Of a DNA stretch of 25,655 nucleotides, positions 1-8,383 are shown piece by piece (the first letter of the stretch is position 1; each line of letters opens with the position of its first letter). The notes below the pieces were generated by a model, which had not been told where the DNA came from, made no database searches, and saw nothing but the letters and a program-made list of their open reading frames with translations. The stretch is from a bacterium (GTDB lineage Bacteria > JAMCPX01). The stretch covers positions 1-25,655 of the forward strand of contig JBBIVV010000034.1 in NCBI GenBank assembly GCA_037439545.1, in the 5' to 3' direction. The position numbers and the translations under genes were made by a program.

Positions 1-554
1 GTGGTCAGCCCAGCAGTATCTGTCCCGCCAACAGGACACTGCCCCCGCAACAGTGCCCACTCCTCACAAGCCTTGTCGTCGTAAAAATAGCAGATGCCGT
101 ATTCTCCTCCGTCCCCGCGTTTGAGGATTACTACTTTACCCCCTGATTTTACGCAATGTACAGAGGCCGGATTGGCCAGTCCGGTCGATGCCTGATGGTC
201 ATCAGTTTTTACTGCGCAATCCTGGAACGTTGTTTTGCCCCCTTCCTCTATGAAAGCCTTGTCGTCCTTGTTCCAGAACACGAACAACTCGTCCGCATTC
301 GTATAGCGGGCGCCGTCCGCAGAAATGGCATGCAGGAGCAGCATGTGTCTTCCGTCACTCAGGCCAAGCTCCACCTTGTCGTTAAAAAATACAGCCTTCA
401 CGAACTTTCCTTCTGCACAATGGAACATTGCGGATATGATGGCTCTATTTTCAGTGACAGGGGTTGCTTGTGCCGGTTCCGGGCAGTGACACGCGCAGGA
501 AATACCTGCACTGCCAAGGAGTACCGAAAAAACTATAGTCAATATTCTTTTCAT
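1..554 (-). CDS. Lipoprotein with MliC-like (lysozyme inhibitor) domain followed by a DUF333 domain; C-terminus runs off the window
   Basis: Not in the ORF track; translated by hand from ATG at 554 (alternative ATG 563): MKRILTIVFSVLLGSAGISC (lipobox GISC)...FHCAEGK...HAISADGARYTNADELFVFWNKDDKAFIEE...FQDC (MliC-type SxxGARY/FWxK motifs with two Cys)...GLANPASVHCVKSGG...GEYGICYFYDDKACEEWALLRGQCPVGG (DUF333 signature). Frame stays open to the window edge. Confidence 0.85.
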   Translation of the reverse strand, partial: MKRILTIVFSVLLGSAGISCACHCPEPAQATPVTENRAIISAMFHCAEGKFVKAVFFNDKVELGLSDGRHMLLLHAISADGARYTNADELFVFWNKDDKAFIEEGGKTTFQDCAVKTDDHQASTGLANPASVHCVKSGGKVVILKRGDGGEYGICYFYDDKACEEWALLRGQCPVGGTDTAGLT

Positions 555-635
555 CACATCCATCCAAAACAAAGTTTTTTAAAAATCATTCGTACATCAT
601 CACAATCTTACGAGAGGTAGTTTCTTGGTTGCGGC

Positions 636-1268
636 TTAATTACATTTGAACCACGGTACCCCAACCCATGCTATGTGGAATATGGAGCTTTCTCCACTGT
701 CCGAGCATGTGCAGACCTCGGATTCGAGAGGAATAATCGCAACCGCCTCGACGATCTCGCAGGCAATGTCCACGATGGGTATGGTATCGCAAATGAGAGC
801 GGCTCCGTCGCCCGACTCGAGCCCTATACACACGTCCTTGGTAGTGGAAGCATCCACGCTGCACTCTTCGCCCCACCAGTGTTTACTGCAACTGGCCCCT
901 TGCACGGCACCTGGCTGTGTCCCCGACCAGTTAGCGGTGAAGTCCGGATTTATGCTCATGAGTCCTTCAGCAACCATCTCGTTCGTCGTGGCGGTCATTG
1001 CCCGTCCAAGCGTCTTGTCGGTCGGTGTCAAGGCTGCATAATTAGGACTTGTCATATCTATGGACACCGTCCCGCCAGGGTTCAGTATGAGTGACTTCTC
1101 CACATGGGAAATAGTTGTTTCCATATTGGTATTTGACTGTAGATAGGGAGTCGCGCTTGGATGGCTCGCTCCACCCGAGCTGCTGCTCCCGCACCCCGAT
1201 GGTGCAATGGCAAAAACGCAAAGAAGCACCGTCACTACAACCACATTTTTAAAAATATTTGTTTTCAT
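636..1268 (-). CDS. Hypothetical lipoprotein with a C-terminal 8-Cys domain
   Basis: AGGAG Shine-Dalgarno upstream of ATG 1268 (MKTNIFK; the track's 1325 start is an upstream extension). Hydrophobic signal ends in PSG-C, followed by a Ser/Gly linker. The last ~85 aa contain 8 Cys and an HWWG motif. Confidence 0.8.
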   Translation of the reverse strand: MKTNIFKNVVVVTVLLCVFAIAPSGCGSSSSGGASHPSATPYLQSNTNMETTISHVEKSLILNPGGTVSIDMTSPNYAALTPTDKTLGRAMTATTNEMVAEGLMSINPDFTANWSGTQPGAVQGASCSKHWWGEECSVDASTTKDVCIGLESGDGAALICDTIPIVDIACEIVEAVAIIPLESEVCTCSDSGESSIFHIAWVGVPWFKCN

Positions 1269-1443
1269 TTTTTTATCTCCTTTCTTAATTTTTTGATCTC
1301 TCAAATGCCGCGAACACAAGGTCACTGTAGACCGCTCTTCTCAAAACAGTCCTCCTTGAAATTGAAACAAAACAAAAGATTAATAATTGTCAATGGTTAT
1401 ATCTATAATTGGTTATATTGAAAATTGTTTTTGTTTTTTATTT

Positions 1444-1513
1444 ACCCCGTTAGACAGCCCCGCTGTTTCCCGTCAGAGTACTGATCCGCCTGCGGAGGAT
1501 TTTCTCACGGGGT
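1444..1513. repeat. REP-like palindromic element (ACCCCGTTAGA...TCTCACGGGGT)
   Basis: 11-bp inverted arms at 1444-1454 and 1503-1513 (10/11 match), with an internal hairpin ATCCGCCTGCGGAGGAT at 1484-1500. Lies 10 bp past the M28 peptidase stop codon. Confidence 0.65.
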
Positions 1514-1523
1514 TTACTTCTTC

Positions 1524-2675
1524 TCACCAATTTTTCTCATCAACGGCCATGATCAGCCGGGACACGAACTCATACGCAAGTTCCACCGTCTGCGGCTGGA
1601 CATTTTCAAACACATCCGTTTCCCAGTGCCAGTTCGGCAGTATTTCCCTGTCATCGAATGCCATGATGCTCATCGCCCTGTAACCTCTGGCCAACGGCAC
1701 GAGTGCGTCCGTGGACATGGTCGTGAACACTTTTGGCTCCACGGTGCCGAAATCTTTTTTATGCAGCAGGTCTGCAATGGCTACCAAAGTATGATCCGCC
1801 GGGTATTTTTTTATCATGCCCTCTTCGATGATATAGGAAATATTCCCGGTGCCGCAGTTGTCAATGTTTAATATAAAGGCGTCCTTTAATAGCTCCTCAT
1901 GCTCCTTTACAAAGGAAAGCATGCCGACCATACCGACCTCCTCTGCCCCTGTGGCAACGAGGTAAAGCTCCGTGTCCTTGAGAGGTGCTGTCGAGAACCT
2001 CTCTGCAATACTGAGCAGGACCCCGACACCGGAGGCGTTGTCATTCGCACCATGCGTATAGTTTCCCTTTATCTCCCTGTGCAGGAGTAAAACAACGGTT
2101 ACAAGGGGATCGAATGCCAGAACAGCCACGAGCACCTTCAGCCATGCGGTATGCGTTAGCCACTCCATCGCCGTAAGAATGAACATCATGAACATGGAGA
2201 GGACAAGCCCTATAAAGGTATTCCTGAAGCCCTTCACGAAACGAGGCGAGAACATTATGCCTGACCGGGACGAATCATAATGCGCCGTTATGATCACCCT
2301 GCGTATATTCCTGTCAGAAGCAGGTATATGGCCTATCACATTACTCGACGTTCTCTTCGGCAGAAAGAGTGCGATGACTTCAAAAGATGAATTCTCGAGA
2401 AAGAACAGCACGCATCCTGCACCGGTCGAAACGAGTGCGATAATCGGGTGGTGGAGCAGGAGAAAAACAGCGCCGCCTATACTCATGAAATAAATGATTA
2501 TATAGGGATAGGAGAAGGATGTGATTGTCTTAAATTTTTCTCCGGAGTTTTTAATGCCCAGGGAATCGAATGTATCTTTTATGTAATCCCTTGCTTTATA
2601 TTCCCCTTCAGTTGCCGTTCCTCTGGCGCCTATTTTTACAGAGAGAACGTAAATGTGATCCATGAAAGACATCAT
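1524..2675 (-). CDS. M28-family metallopeptidase with inserted transmembrane segments
   Basis: Motifs ITAHYDS, GANDNASGV, GAEEVG, NIDNCG and WHWETD; two pairs of hydrophobic helices. Start could be 2675, 2672 or 2663. Confidence 0.88.
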   Translation of the reverse strand: MMSFMDHIYVLSVKIGARGTATEGEYKARDYIKDTFDSLGIKNSGEKFKTITSFSYPYIIIYFMSIGGAVFLLLHHPIIALVSTGAGCVLFFLENSSFEVIALFLPKRTSSNVIGHIPASDRNIRRVIITAHYDSSRSGIMFSPRFVKGFRNTFIGLVLSMFMMFILTAMEWLTHTAWLKVLVAVLAFDPLVTVVLLLHREIKGNYTHGANDNASGVGVLLSIAERFSTAPLKDTELYLVATGAEEVGMVGMLSFVKEHEELLKDAFILNIDNCGTGNISYIIEEGMIKKYPADHTLVAIADLLHKKDFGTVEPKVFTTMSTDALVPLARGYRAMSIMAFDDREILPNWHWETDVFENVQPQTVELAYEFVSRLIMAVDEKNW

Positions 2676-2753
2676 GGACGTTATATATCATAATCCGCGG
2701 TTTCATGTAAACACTGTGAAAGAACACTGCCCCCCGACAGAACAAATTTCGTC

Positions 2754-3323
2754 TCACTCGTTTATGATTTCTACAAGAGACCTGATGAATCTGCAGGTCA
2801 AACCCCATATAAAGCGGTTGTCGTAGTGATACCCTTGCACCGAGAACTCATTGTCCATTATCATTACATTGCCCGGCTTATAATTCGATTCATTCATAAA
2901 AAACCAAAACGGCACGGTAAAAACCTCCACGACCTCAGACTCCTGCAGCTTGAACAACGGCTCTGTCTTCAGGAGCCCTGCAAAGGGCGTTATAATATAT
3001 CCGCTCACAGGCACCGAATCATCGTGGAACCTGCCGATTATTTCAAGTGCACCGGGCTTTATTCCTATTTCTTCCTCTGTTTCCCGCAACCCTGCCTGAA
3101 GCGGTGTTTCATCCTTTTCTATAGAACCGCCGGGAAAAGAGATCTGATCAGAGTGATACCCTATGTCCTGAGCTTTTTTGGTAAGCAGGAGATGAGTTTC
3201 GCCGTCTTTGTTCAGAAAAATAGCCAGAACAGACGCCCTTCTCATCTCTTCGGAAACTAACTCTCTCGGTTTTAAGTGACCGAGCTTATCCTTTAATATC
3301 TCTACATAATCCATTGTATTCAT
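2754..3323 (-). CDS. Nudix hydrolase, CoA pyrophosphatase (NudL/PCD1-like) subfamily
   Basis: Nudix box G-SIEKD-E-TPLQAGL-RETEEEIG preceded by LLT...FPGG; C-terminal IWGLT motif. Alternative start 3314. Confidence 0.88.
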   Translation of the reverse strand: MNTMDYVEILKDKLGHLKPRELVSEEMRRASVLAIFLNKDGETHLLLTKKAQDIGYHSDQISFPGGSIEKDETPLQAGLRETEEEIGIKPGALEIIGRFHDDSVPVSGYIITPFAGLLKTEPLFKLQESEVVEVFTVPFWFFMNESNYKPGNVMIMDNEFSVQGYHYDNRFIWGLTCRFIRSLVEIINE

Positions 3324-3368
3324 GAAACAGTGTGCGGTAATCCATCCAGTGATGAGCTCTGAGACCGT

Positions 3369-4544
3369 TCATACCCTCTCTACAATCATTGCCACCGCTT
3401 CGCCCCCGCCAATGCAGAGCGTGACGAGACCCGTTGATTTATTCATATCCTTCATTGCATGAAGCAGTGTGACAAGAAGCCTCGTGCCCGATGCGCCTAT
3501 GGGATGACCGATCGATACTGCACCGCCCCGCACGTTCACCTTTGCATAATCAAGACTAAGCTGATCGACGGTAACCATCGTTACCACTGCAAACGCCTCG
3601 TTTATCTCGTAGAGATCAATATCCTTTGTGGTCATGCCCGCCTTGCTGACTGCGTTTTTTATCGCATCCACAGGCGCTATGGTAAACCACTCCGGCGCCT
3701 TCGCAGCCTGTGCAGAGGCAACGATCCTTGCCATGGGCTTCAAGCCCAGTTCCTTTGCATAATCCTCATCGGCAATGATTACCGCACCTGCACCGTCGTT
3801 TATCGTCGATGCATTGGCCGCTGTTATGGTCCCGTCTTTTAAAAATGCAGGTTTTAATGCCGGTATCTTTTTAAAGTCGACTTTTGACGGTTCTTCGTCC
3901 TGTTCAACGGCTGTTGTTTCTTTTTTACCCTGAATTTCTACCTTTACAATCTCCTGTTTGAACAAGCCCTGGTTTATGGCGTTTTGTGACCGTTTATAGC
4001 TCTCTATTGCAAACGCATCCTGTGCCTCCCTCGTATAATGGTATTCTTTTGCGCACAGTTCTGCTGCATTGCCCATGTGAAAGTTATTATAAGGATCCCA
4101 CAGACCGTCCCAGATCATTGAGTCTGTCAGATTACCATTGCCCATCCTGTAACCCGTCCTTGCTTTGTCGAGGAAATAGGGCGCACTGCTCATGTTCTCC
4201 ATACCGCCTGCAACAATGACCCTTGCATCTCCCGACCGTATAATCTGATCCGCAAGCATGACCGATTTAACTCCTGATCCGCATACCTTGTTGACGGTCA
4301 GGGCGCCGACATGGTCGGGTATTCCTGCATAACGCATCGCCTGCCTTGCAGGGGCCTGCCCTTCTCCGCCGGTTAGGACATTGCCCATTATCACTTCATC
4401 TATCTTCGAGGCTTCGATGCCCGCCCTTTTTACAGCCTCTTTTATGGCAATACTGCCGAGCCTCGGTGCACTCACCTGTGCGAGTGAGCCGAGGAAACTG
4501 CCGACCGGTGTTCTTGCCGCTTGTATAATCACTGTCTTCTTCAT
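3369..4544 (-). CDS. atoB: Acetyl-CoA C-acetyltransferase (thiolase)
   Basis: Catalytic motifs NKVCGSG, INEAF, GHPIGASG and CIGGG; AAAGGAG SD upstream. Confidence 0.95.
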   Translation of the reverse strand: MKKTVIIQAARTPVGSFLGSLAQVSAPRLGSIAIKEAVKRAGIEASKIDEVIMGNVLTGGEGQAPARQAMRYAGIPDHVGALTVNKVCGSGVKSVMLADQIIRSGDARVIVAGGMENMSSAPYFLDKARTGYRMGNGNLTDSMIWDGLWDPYNNFHMGNAAELCAKEYHYTREAQDAFAIESYKRSQNAINQGLFKQEIVKVEIQGKKETTAVEQDEEPSKVDFKKIPALKPAFLKDGTITAANASTINDGAGAVIIADEDYAKELGLKPMARIVASAQAAKAPEWFTIAPVDAIKNAVSKAGMTTKDIDLYEINEAFAVVTMVTVDQLSLDYAKVNVRGGAVSIGHPIGASGTRLLVTLLHAMKDMNKSTGLVTLCIGGGEAVAMIVERV

Positions 4545-4562
4545 GATAAAATCTCCTTTATG

Positions 4563-4605
4563 CTGTCCCCCTGCAGCCCGCGGATCTGCAAAGGGCGGAA
4601 GACAG
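4563..4605. repeat. GC-rich imperfect hairpin between gcvPA and thiolase
   Basis: Outer arms CTGTC/GACAG (4563-4567, 4601-4605), inner arms TGCAG/CTGCA with CCC/GGG; no clear U-tract. Confidence 0.45.
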
Positions 4606-4617
4606 GGGTGAGAGACG

Positions 4618-5994
4618 TCAAAGGGACAGAATCACTTTGAGTTTTCTTACAAACCTGTCTATCATTTTTTTGCTATGGATCTCTGTAACATTAACGAGTA
4701 AGCATCCCTTCATATCTTTATAATAAGGTTCAAGCATTACTCCCGCCATGTATCCGTCCTTCAGCAGAATGCTGTAACTATTGTTAAGATCTTTTATCTT
4801 GACAACAAATTCATTAAAGAATGTACCGCTGAATGGAAAGCTTACGCCTTTCACGGACTCAAGCTCTTTGTGGAAATAAACGGCATTTTCATGATTTATA
4901 TCTGCAGTTCGCATAAGCCCGCTCCTTCCGACAAGACTGAGGTAGAGTGCAACCGCTATTGCAAGCAGGCCTTCGTTGCTGCAAATATTCGATGTCGCCC
5001 GCTCGCGCCGTATATGCTGTTCCCTCGTTGAAAGGGTCAGGGTGTACGCCCGGTTGCCATCCTTATCGACCGTTTCTCCGACAAGCCTGCCGGGCATCTG
5101 CCTTACATATTCCTTTTTTGAGGCAATTACACCGATATAAGGGCCACCGTGCATAAGCGGCACTCCGAATGACTGGCACTCCACTGCCGTTATGGCTGCA
5201 CCGAGCTTCCCGGGCGGTGTAAGCAGTCCCGTCGACATTGCTTCGGTGATGACTGCAATGGGCACAGCCTTTTTATCCGACGCAATCTTAAAAAGCGCAT
5301 CGACCGGCTCTATCACGCCAAAAAAATTCGGGTAGCCTGCGACCACGCATGCGGTGTTTTCATCGATCATATTATTCAATGCCACTGATGACGTAGAACC
5401 CGTTTTTTGGTCATACGGTATATATTCGATATGAATGTCCATTCCCTGCGTATAGGTGCCGATAACTTCCGAGTAATGCGGGTGAATAGCCTGCGAAACC
5501 AGCACACGGCTCTTGCCTGTTATCCTGCATGCCATTAACACTGCTTCCGCACTTGCCGACGCGCCGTCGTACATAGAGGCATTGGCTATGTCCATACCGG
5601 TGAGCAGGGCGATATAGCTCTGGAATTCGAACACCGACTGCAGAGTACCCTGGGATATTTCAGGCTGATACGGCGTATAACTCGTTACGAATTCCGAGCG
5701 GCTCAATACATAGTTCAGGGCAGACGGGATAAAATGCCGGTAAGCACCAGCACCGGCAAAGCTTACCTGATCCAATGCCTTTTCATTCTTCCATGCAAGC
5801 GCAGCAACATCCTCGAGCACTTCCTGTTCTGTCAGAGGCAATGAAAAAGCATGGGCTTTTTGAAATGCCTTTTTTGCCTGGTTTTTTATATCTTCCGGGA
5901 TCTGTGAAAACAACTCTTCAACGCTCCCGACACCAAGGGCTTCAAGCATCTGCTTCCGTTCGGATTCGGTTATGGATATAAAAGGGAGTCTCAT
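4618..5994 (-). CDS. gcvPA: Glycine dehydrogenase (decarboxylating) subunit 1
   Basis: 458 aa; motifs FAGAGAY, TSYTPYQPEISQGTLQ, NASMYDG and TREQHIRRERATSNICSN typical of the split P-protein alpha subunit. Confidence 0.96.
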   Translation of the reverse strand: MRLPFISITESERKQMLEALGVGSVEELFSQIPEDIKNQAKKAFQKAHAFSLPLTEQEVLEDVAALAWKNEKALDQVSFAGAGAYRHFIPSALNYVLSRSEFVTSYTPYQPEISQGTLQSVFEFQSYIALLTGMDIANASMYDGASASAEAVLMACRITGKSRVLVSQAIHPHYSEVIGTYTQGMDIHIEYIPYDQKTGSTSSVALNNMIDENTACVVAGYPNFFGVIEPVDALFKIASDKKAVPIAVITEAMSTGLLTPPGKLGAAITAVECQSFGVPLMHGGPYIGVIASKKEYVRQMPGRLVGETVDKDGNRAYTLTLSTREQHIRRERATSNICSNEGLLAIAVALYLSLVGRSGLMRTADINHENAVYFHKELESVKGVSFPFSGTFFNEFVVKIKDLNNSYSILLKDGYMAGVMLEPYYKDMKGCLLVNVTEIHSKKMIDRFVRKLKVILSL

Positions 5995-5995
5995 A

Positions 5996-6031
5996 AATAC
6001 AAACAGTTCAAAGTGTTTAAAAAGCTCAAGA
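5996..6031 (-). repeat. Degenerate 9-bp tandem repeat filling the gcvH-gcvPA gap
   Basis: mRNA sense reads TCTTGAGCT TTTTAAACA CTTTGAACT GTTTGTATT immediately before the gcvPA ATG. Confidence 0.5.
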
Positions 6032-6033
6032 CG

Positions 6034-6423
6034 CTATCCTGCTTCCTTGCAGTATTTTTCATACGCATCCGCATCCAAAAGATTGGCAAGCTCGTTCTTA
6101 AGAGCATCTGCCGCAAGCTTGATCATCCATGCCTTACCATAGGGGTCCTTGTTGACAAATTCAGGGTGGTCTACGAGATCTTTATTAACTTCCCTTATCT
6201 TGCCGCTCAACGGTGCGAACAGATCAGACACTGATTTCACCGATTCAACCGTTCCGAACTTTTCGCCCTGTTTCATCTGTGTACCGGCATCCTCAAGTTC
6301 TATAAATACCACATCGCCAAGCTTGTCCTGGGCATAATCCGTTATACCGATTGTTACCGCAGAGCCTTCAATGCGTGCCCATTCGTGTTCTTTCGTATAC
6401 TTTAAATCCTTTGGTACCTGCAT
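6034..6423 (-). CDS. gcvH: Glycine cleavage system H protein
   Basis: YTKEHEW, GITDYAQ, lipoyl-Lys motif ESVKSVSD and NKDPYGKAW. GGAGGT SD favours ATG 6423 over 6435. Confidence 0.96.
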   Translation of the reverse strand: MQVPKDLKYTKEHEWARIEGSAVTIGITDYAQDKLGDVVFIELEDAGTQMKQGEKFGTVESVKSVSDLFAPLSGKIREVNKDLVDHPEFVNKDPYGKAWMIKLAADALKNELANLLDADAYEKYCKEAG

Positions 6424-6435
6424 GTTTACCTCCAT

Positions 6436-7518
6436 CTATTTTTTTATAAAAGGCAGTTGAACAACCGTCCCCGAATGAAGAATACTCCTTATGTCTATGC
6501 CGACCTCCGCAGCATCGACGGCAGTATCTATATAAGCCATCGCAATGCCGCGTGAAAGTGAAGGGGAGTAGGTGCCTGTCGTGACCTCTCCTATGACCTT
6601 ATCTTTCAATACTACGAGGTTCTGATGTCTTGGTATCGATTTTCCATTCATGATAATCCCGACAAGCTTTTTCGATATACCCTGCTGGACTGCTGATTTT
6701 AATGCGTCCCTTCCCATGAATGATTTCTTGTCCATCTTAACGACCCATCCGAGGTTGGCTGCCAACGGGGTCATAGTCTCATTCAATTCCATGCCGTAAA
6801 GCGGATATCCCATCTCGGCACGAAGCGTGTCCCTTGCACCGAGTCCGATAGGCTTTATTCCATAAGGCATACCTTTTTCCATGACTGCATTCCACAGTTC
6901 CACGACCAGGGTTTTATCTATAAAGCATTCATAGCCGTCCTCACCCGTGTATCCTGTCCTTGAAATAGAGACCTGCCTGCCTTTAAAATCACCGGCCGAG
7001 AAGGTAAACCGTTTAATCGTTTTGCCGGGCACCTGCAATGACGGAAAAATAAGTGCCATGATCGTGCCTGCCAAAGGTCCCTGCACCGAGATCATGCCTG
7101 TTTCCGGAGACCTGTCTGAAATATGAACGCTGCCCTGCTTCTGCTTCATAATCCATTGATAATCCTTATTTATGTTCGATGCATTAACGCAGAACATAAA
7201 ACTGTTCTCAGCCAGTTTGTAGATGATCAGGTCATCGATAACTCCGCCCCCTTCATTCAAAAGGAAACTGTAATGCGCCTGACCCGGCTGCAGTGCCGTT
7301 ATGTGGTTCGGCGTAAGCCATTCGCAAAAAGTTTGTGCATCCCTGCCTTCTATAAATATCTCTCCCATGTGGCTTACATCAAAGATACCGGCTTTATTCC
7401 GCACCGCAAGGTGTTCATCGATGATTCCCGTATACTGCAGCGGCATATCAAACCCGCCGAACTCCATCAATTTTGCGCCGAGTTTTTTATGTGTTTCGTA
7501 CAAAGGAGTATAGTTCAT
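6436..7518 (-). CDS. gcvT: Glycine cleavage system aminomethyltransferase T
   Basis: TPLYETH, FDVSHMGE, SRTGYTGEDGYE and GLGARDTLRAEMG. Start placed at ATG 7518 (AAAGGA SD), just after the metF stop. Confidence 0.96.
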   Translation of the reverse strand: MNYTPLYETHKKLGAKLMEFGGFDMPLQYTGIIDEHLAVRNKAGIFDVSHMGEIFIEGRDAQTFCEWLTPNHITALQPGQAHYSFLLNEGGGVIDDLIIYKLAENSFMFCVNASNINKDYQWIMKQKQGSVHISDRSPETGMISVQGPLAGTIMALIFPSLQVPGKTIKRFTFSAGDFKGRQVSISRTGYTGEDGYECFIDKTLVVELWNAVMEKGMPYGIKPIGLGARDTLRAEMGYPLYGMELNETMTPLAANLGWVVKMDKKSFMGRDALKSAVQQGISKKLVGIIMNGKSIPRHQNLVVLKDKVIGEVTTGTYSPSLSRGIAMAYIDTAVDAAEVGIDIRSILHSGTVVQLPFIKK

Positions 7519-7519
7519 G

Positions 7520-8383
7520 CTAAATCCTTTCAATGATAGAAATGATGTCTTTCTCCTGGCCAACGGTCATTATATGGATGCCGCCGGCAAGACCTTTTAA
7601 CTTGCCGATAAGCTCCACCGCTATTTCTATGCCTTCCTGCTTCGGTGATGCAGACGCTTCAAGCCTCTTTATCATTGCATCGGGTATATCGATGCCCGGC
7701 ACATATTTATTAAGGTTCATTGCCTGTTCCGAAGAATGCAGGAGCAGTATGCCTGCGATGACAGGCACCTTGAAGTGACTGGTCTTTGACATGAACAATG
7801 AGAATGCGTCCACGTTGAATACAGGCTGTGTCTGAAAGAATCTTGCACCTGCGTTTATCTTCCTTTCAATCGCCATAAGCACAGGCTCGAGCGGGGTTGT
7901 CTGAGGCGTAAGCGCTGCACCGGCAAAGAAATCCGTGGCGCCCTTCATCGGATGGTCGTTCAGATCGAAACCGGAGTTCAGCTTCGTTATGGTATGCAGG
8001 AGTGTGGTCGCATCAAGGTCGAATACCGGTTTTGCCTCGGGAAAATCGCCGGCAGACGGATGGTCCCCGGTAAGGGCGAGCACATTCTGTATTCCGAGTA
8101 CTGAAGCCCCGAGAAGGTCTGATTGGATTGCAAGTCTGTTCCTGTCCCTGCAGGTAATCTGGTATATGGGCTCGACGCCTTCTTTCAGCACAAGGTATGA
8201 GGCGACCAGAGAACTCATGCGCATGACAGCCCTTTGATTGTCCGTTATGTTGATCGCATGCACCCTGCCTTTCAGGACATTGATCGTTTTGGTGAAGTTC
8301 GCTACCTGCGTGCCTTTGCGTGGAGAGAGCTCGGCTGTGACAACGAACTGCTTGTTTTCAAGGGCATCGCTCAAGTATGACAT
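7520..8383 (-). CDS. metF: 5,10-methylenetetrahydrofolate reductase, flavin subunit
   Basis: VTAELSP, NITDNQRA, TCRDRNRLAIQSDLLGA, LTGDHP, FFQTQP and GIHIM motifs; TAATG coupling with metV. Confidence 0.93.
   Translation of the reverse strand: MSYLSDALENKQFVVTAELSPRKGTQVANFTKTINVLKGRVHAINITDNQRAVMRMSSLVASYLVLKEGVEPIYQITCRDRNRLAIQSDLLGASVLGIQNVLALTGDHPSAGDFPEAKPVFDLDATTLLHTITKLNSGFDLNDHPMKGATDFFAGAALTPQTTPLEPVLMAIERKINAGARFFQTQPVFNVDAFSLFMSKTSHFKVPVIAGILLLHSSEQAMNLNKYVPGIDIPDAMIKRLEASASPKQEGIEIAVELIGKLKGLAGGIHIMTVGQEKDIISIIERI

Noticed and set aside
156..620. 154-aa plus-strand ORF in the track
   Set aside because: Shadow of the minus-strand MliC-DUF333 gene, which has recognisable motifs and a lipobox.
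1387..1683. 98-aa plus-strand ORF containing FLTGFT
   Set aside because: It reads through the palindromic repeat and antisense into the M28 gene; the motif is a translation of the repeat arm.
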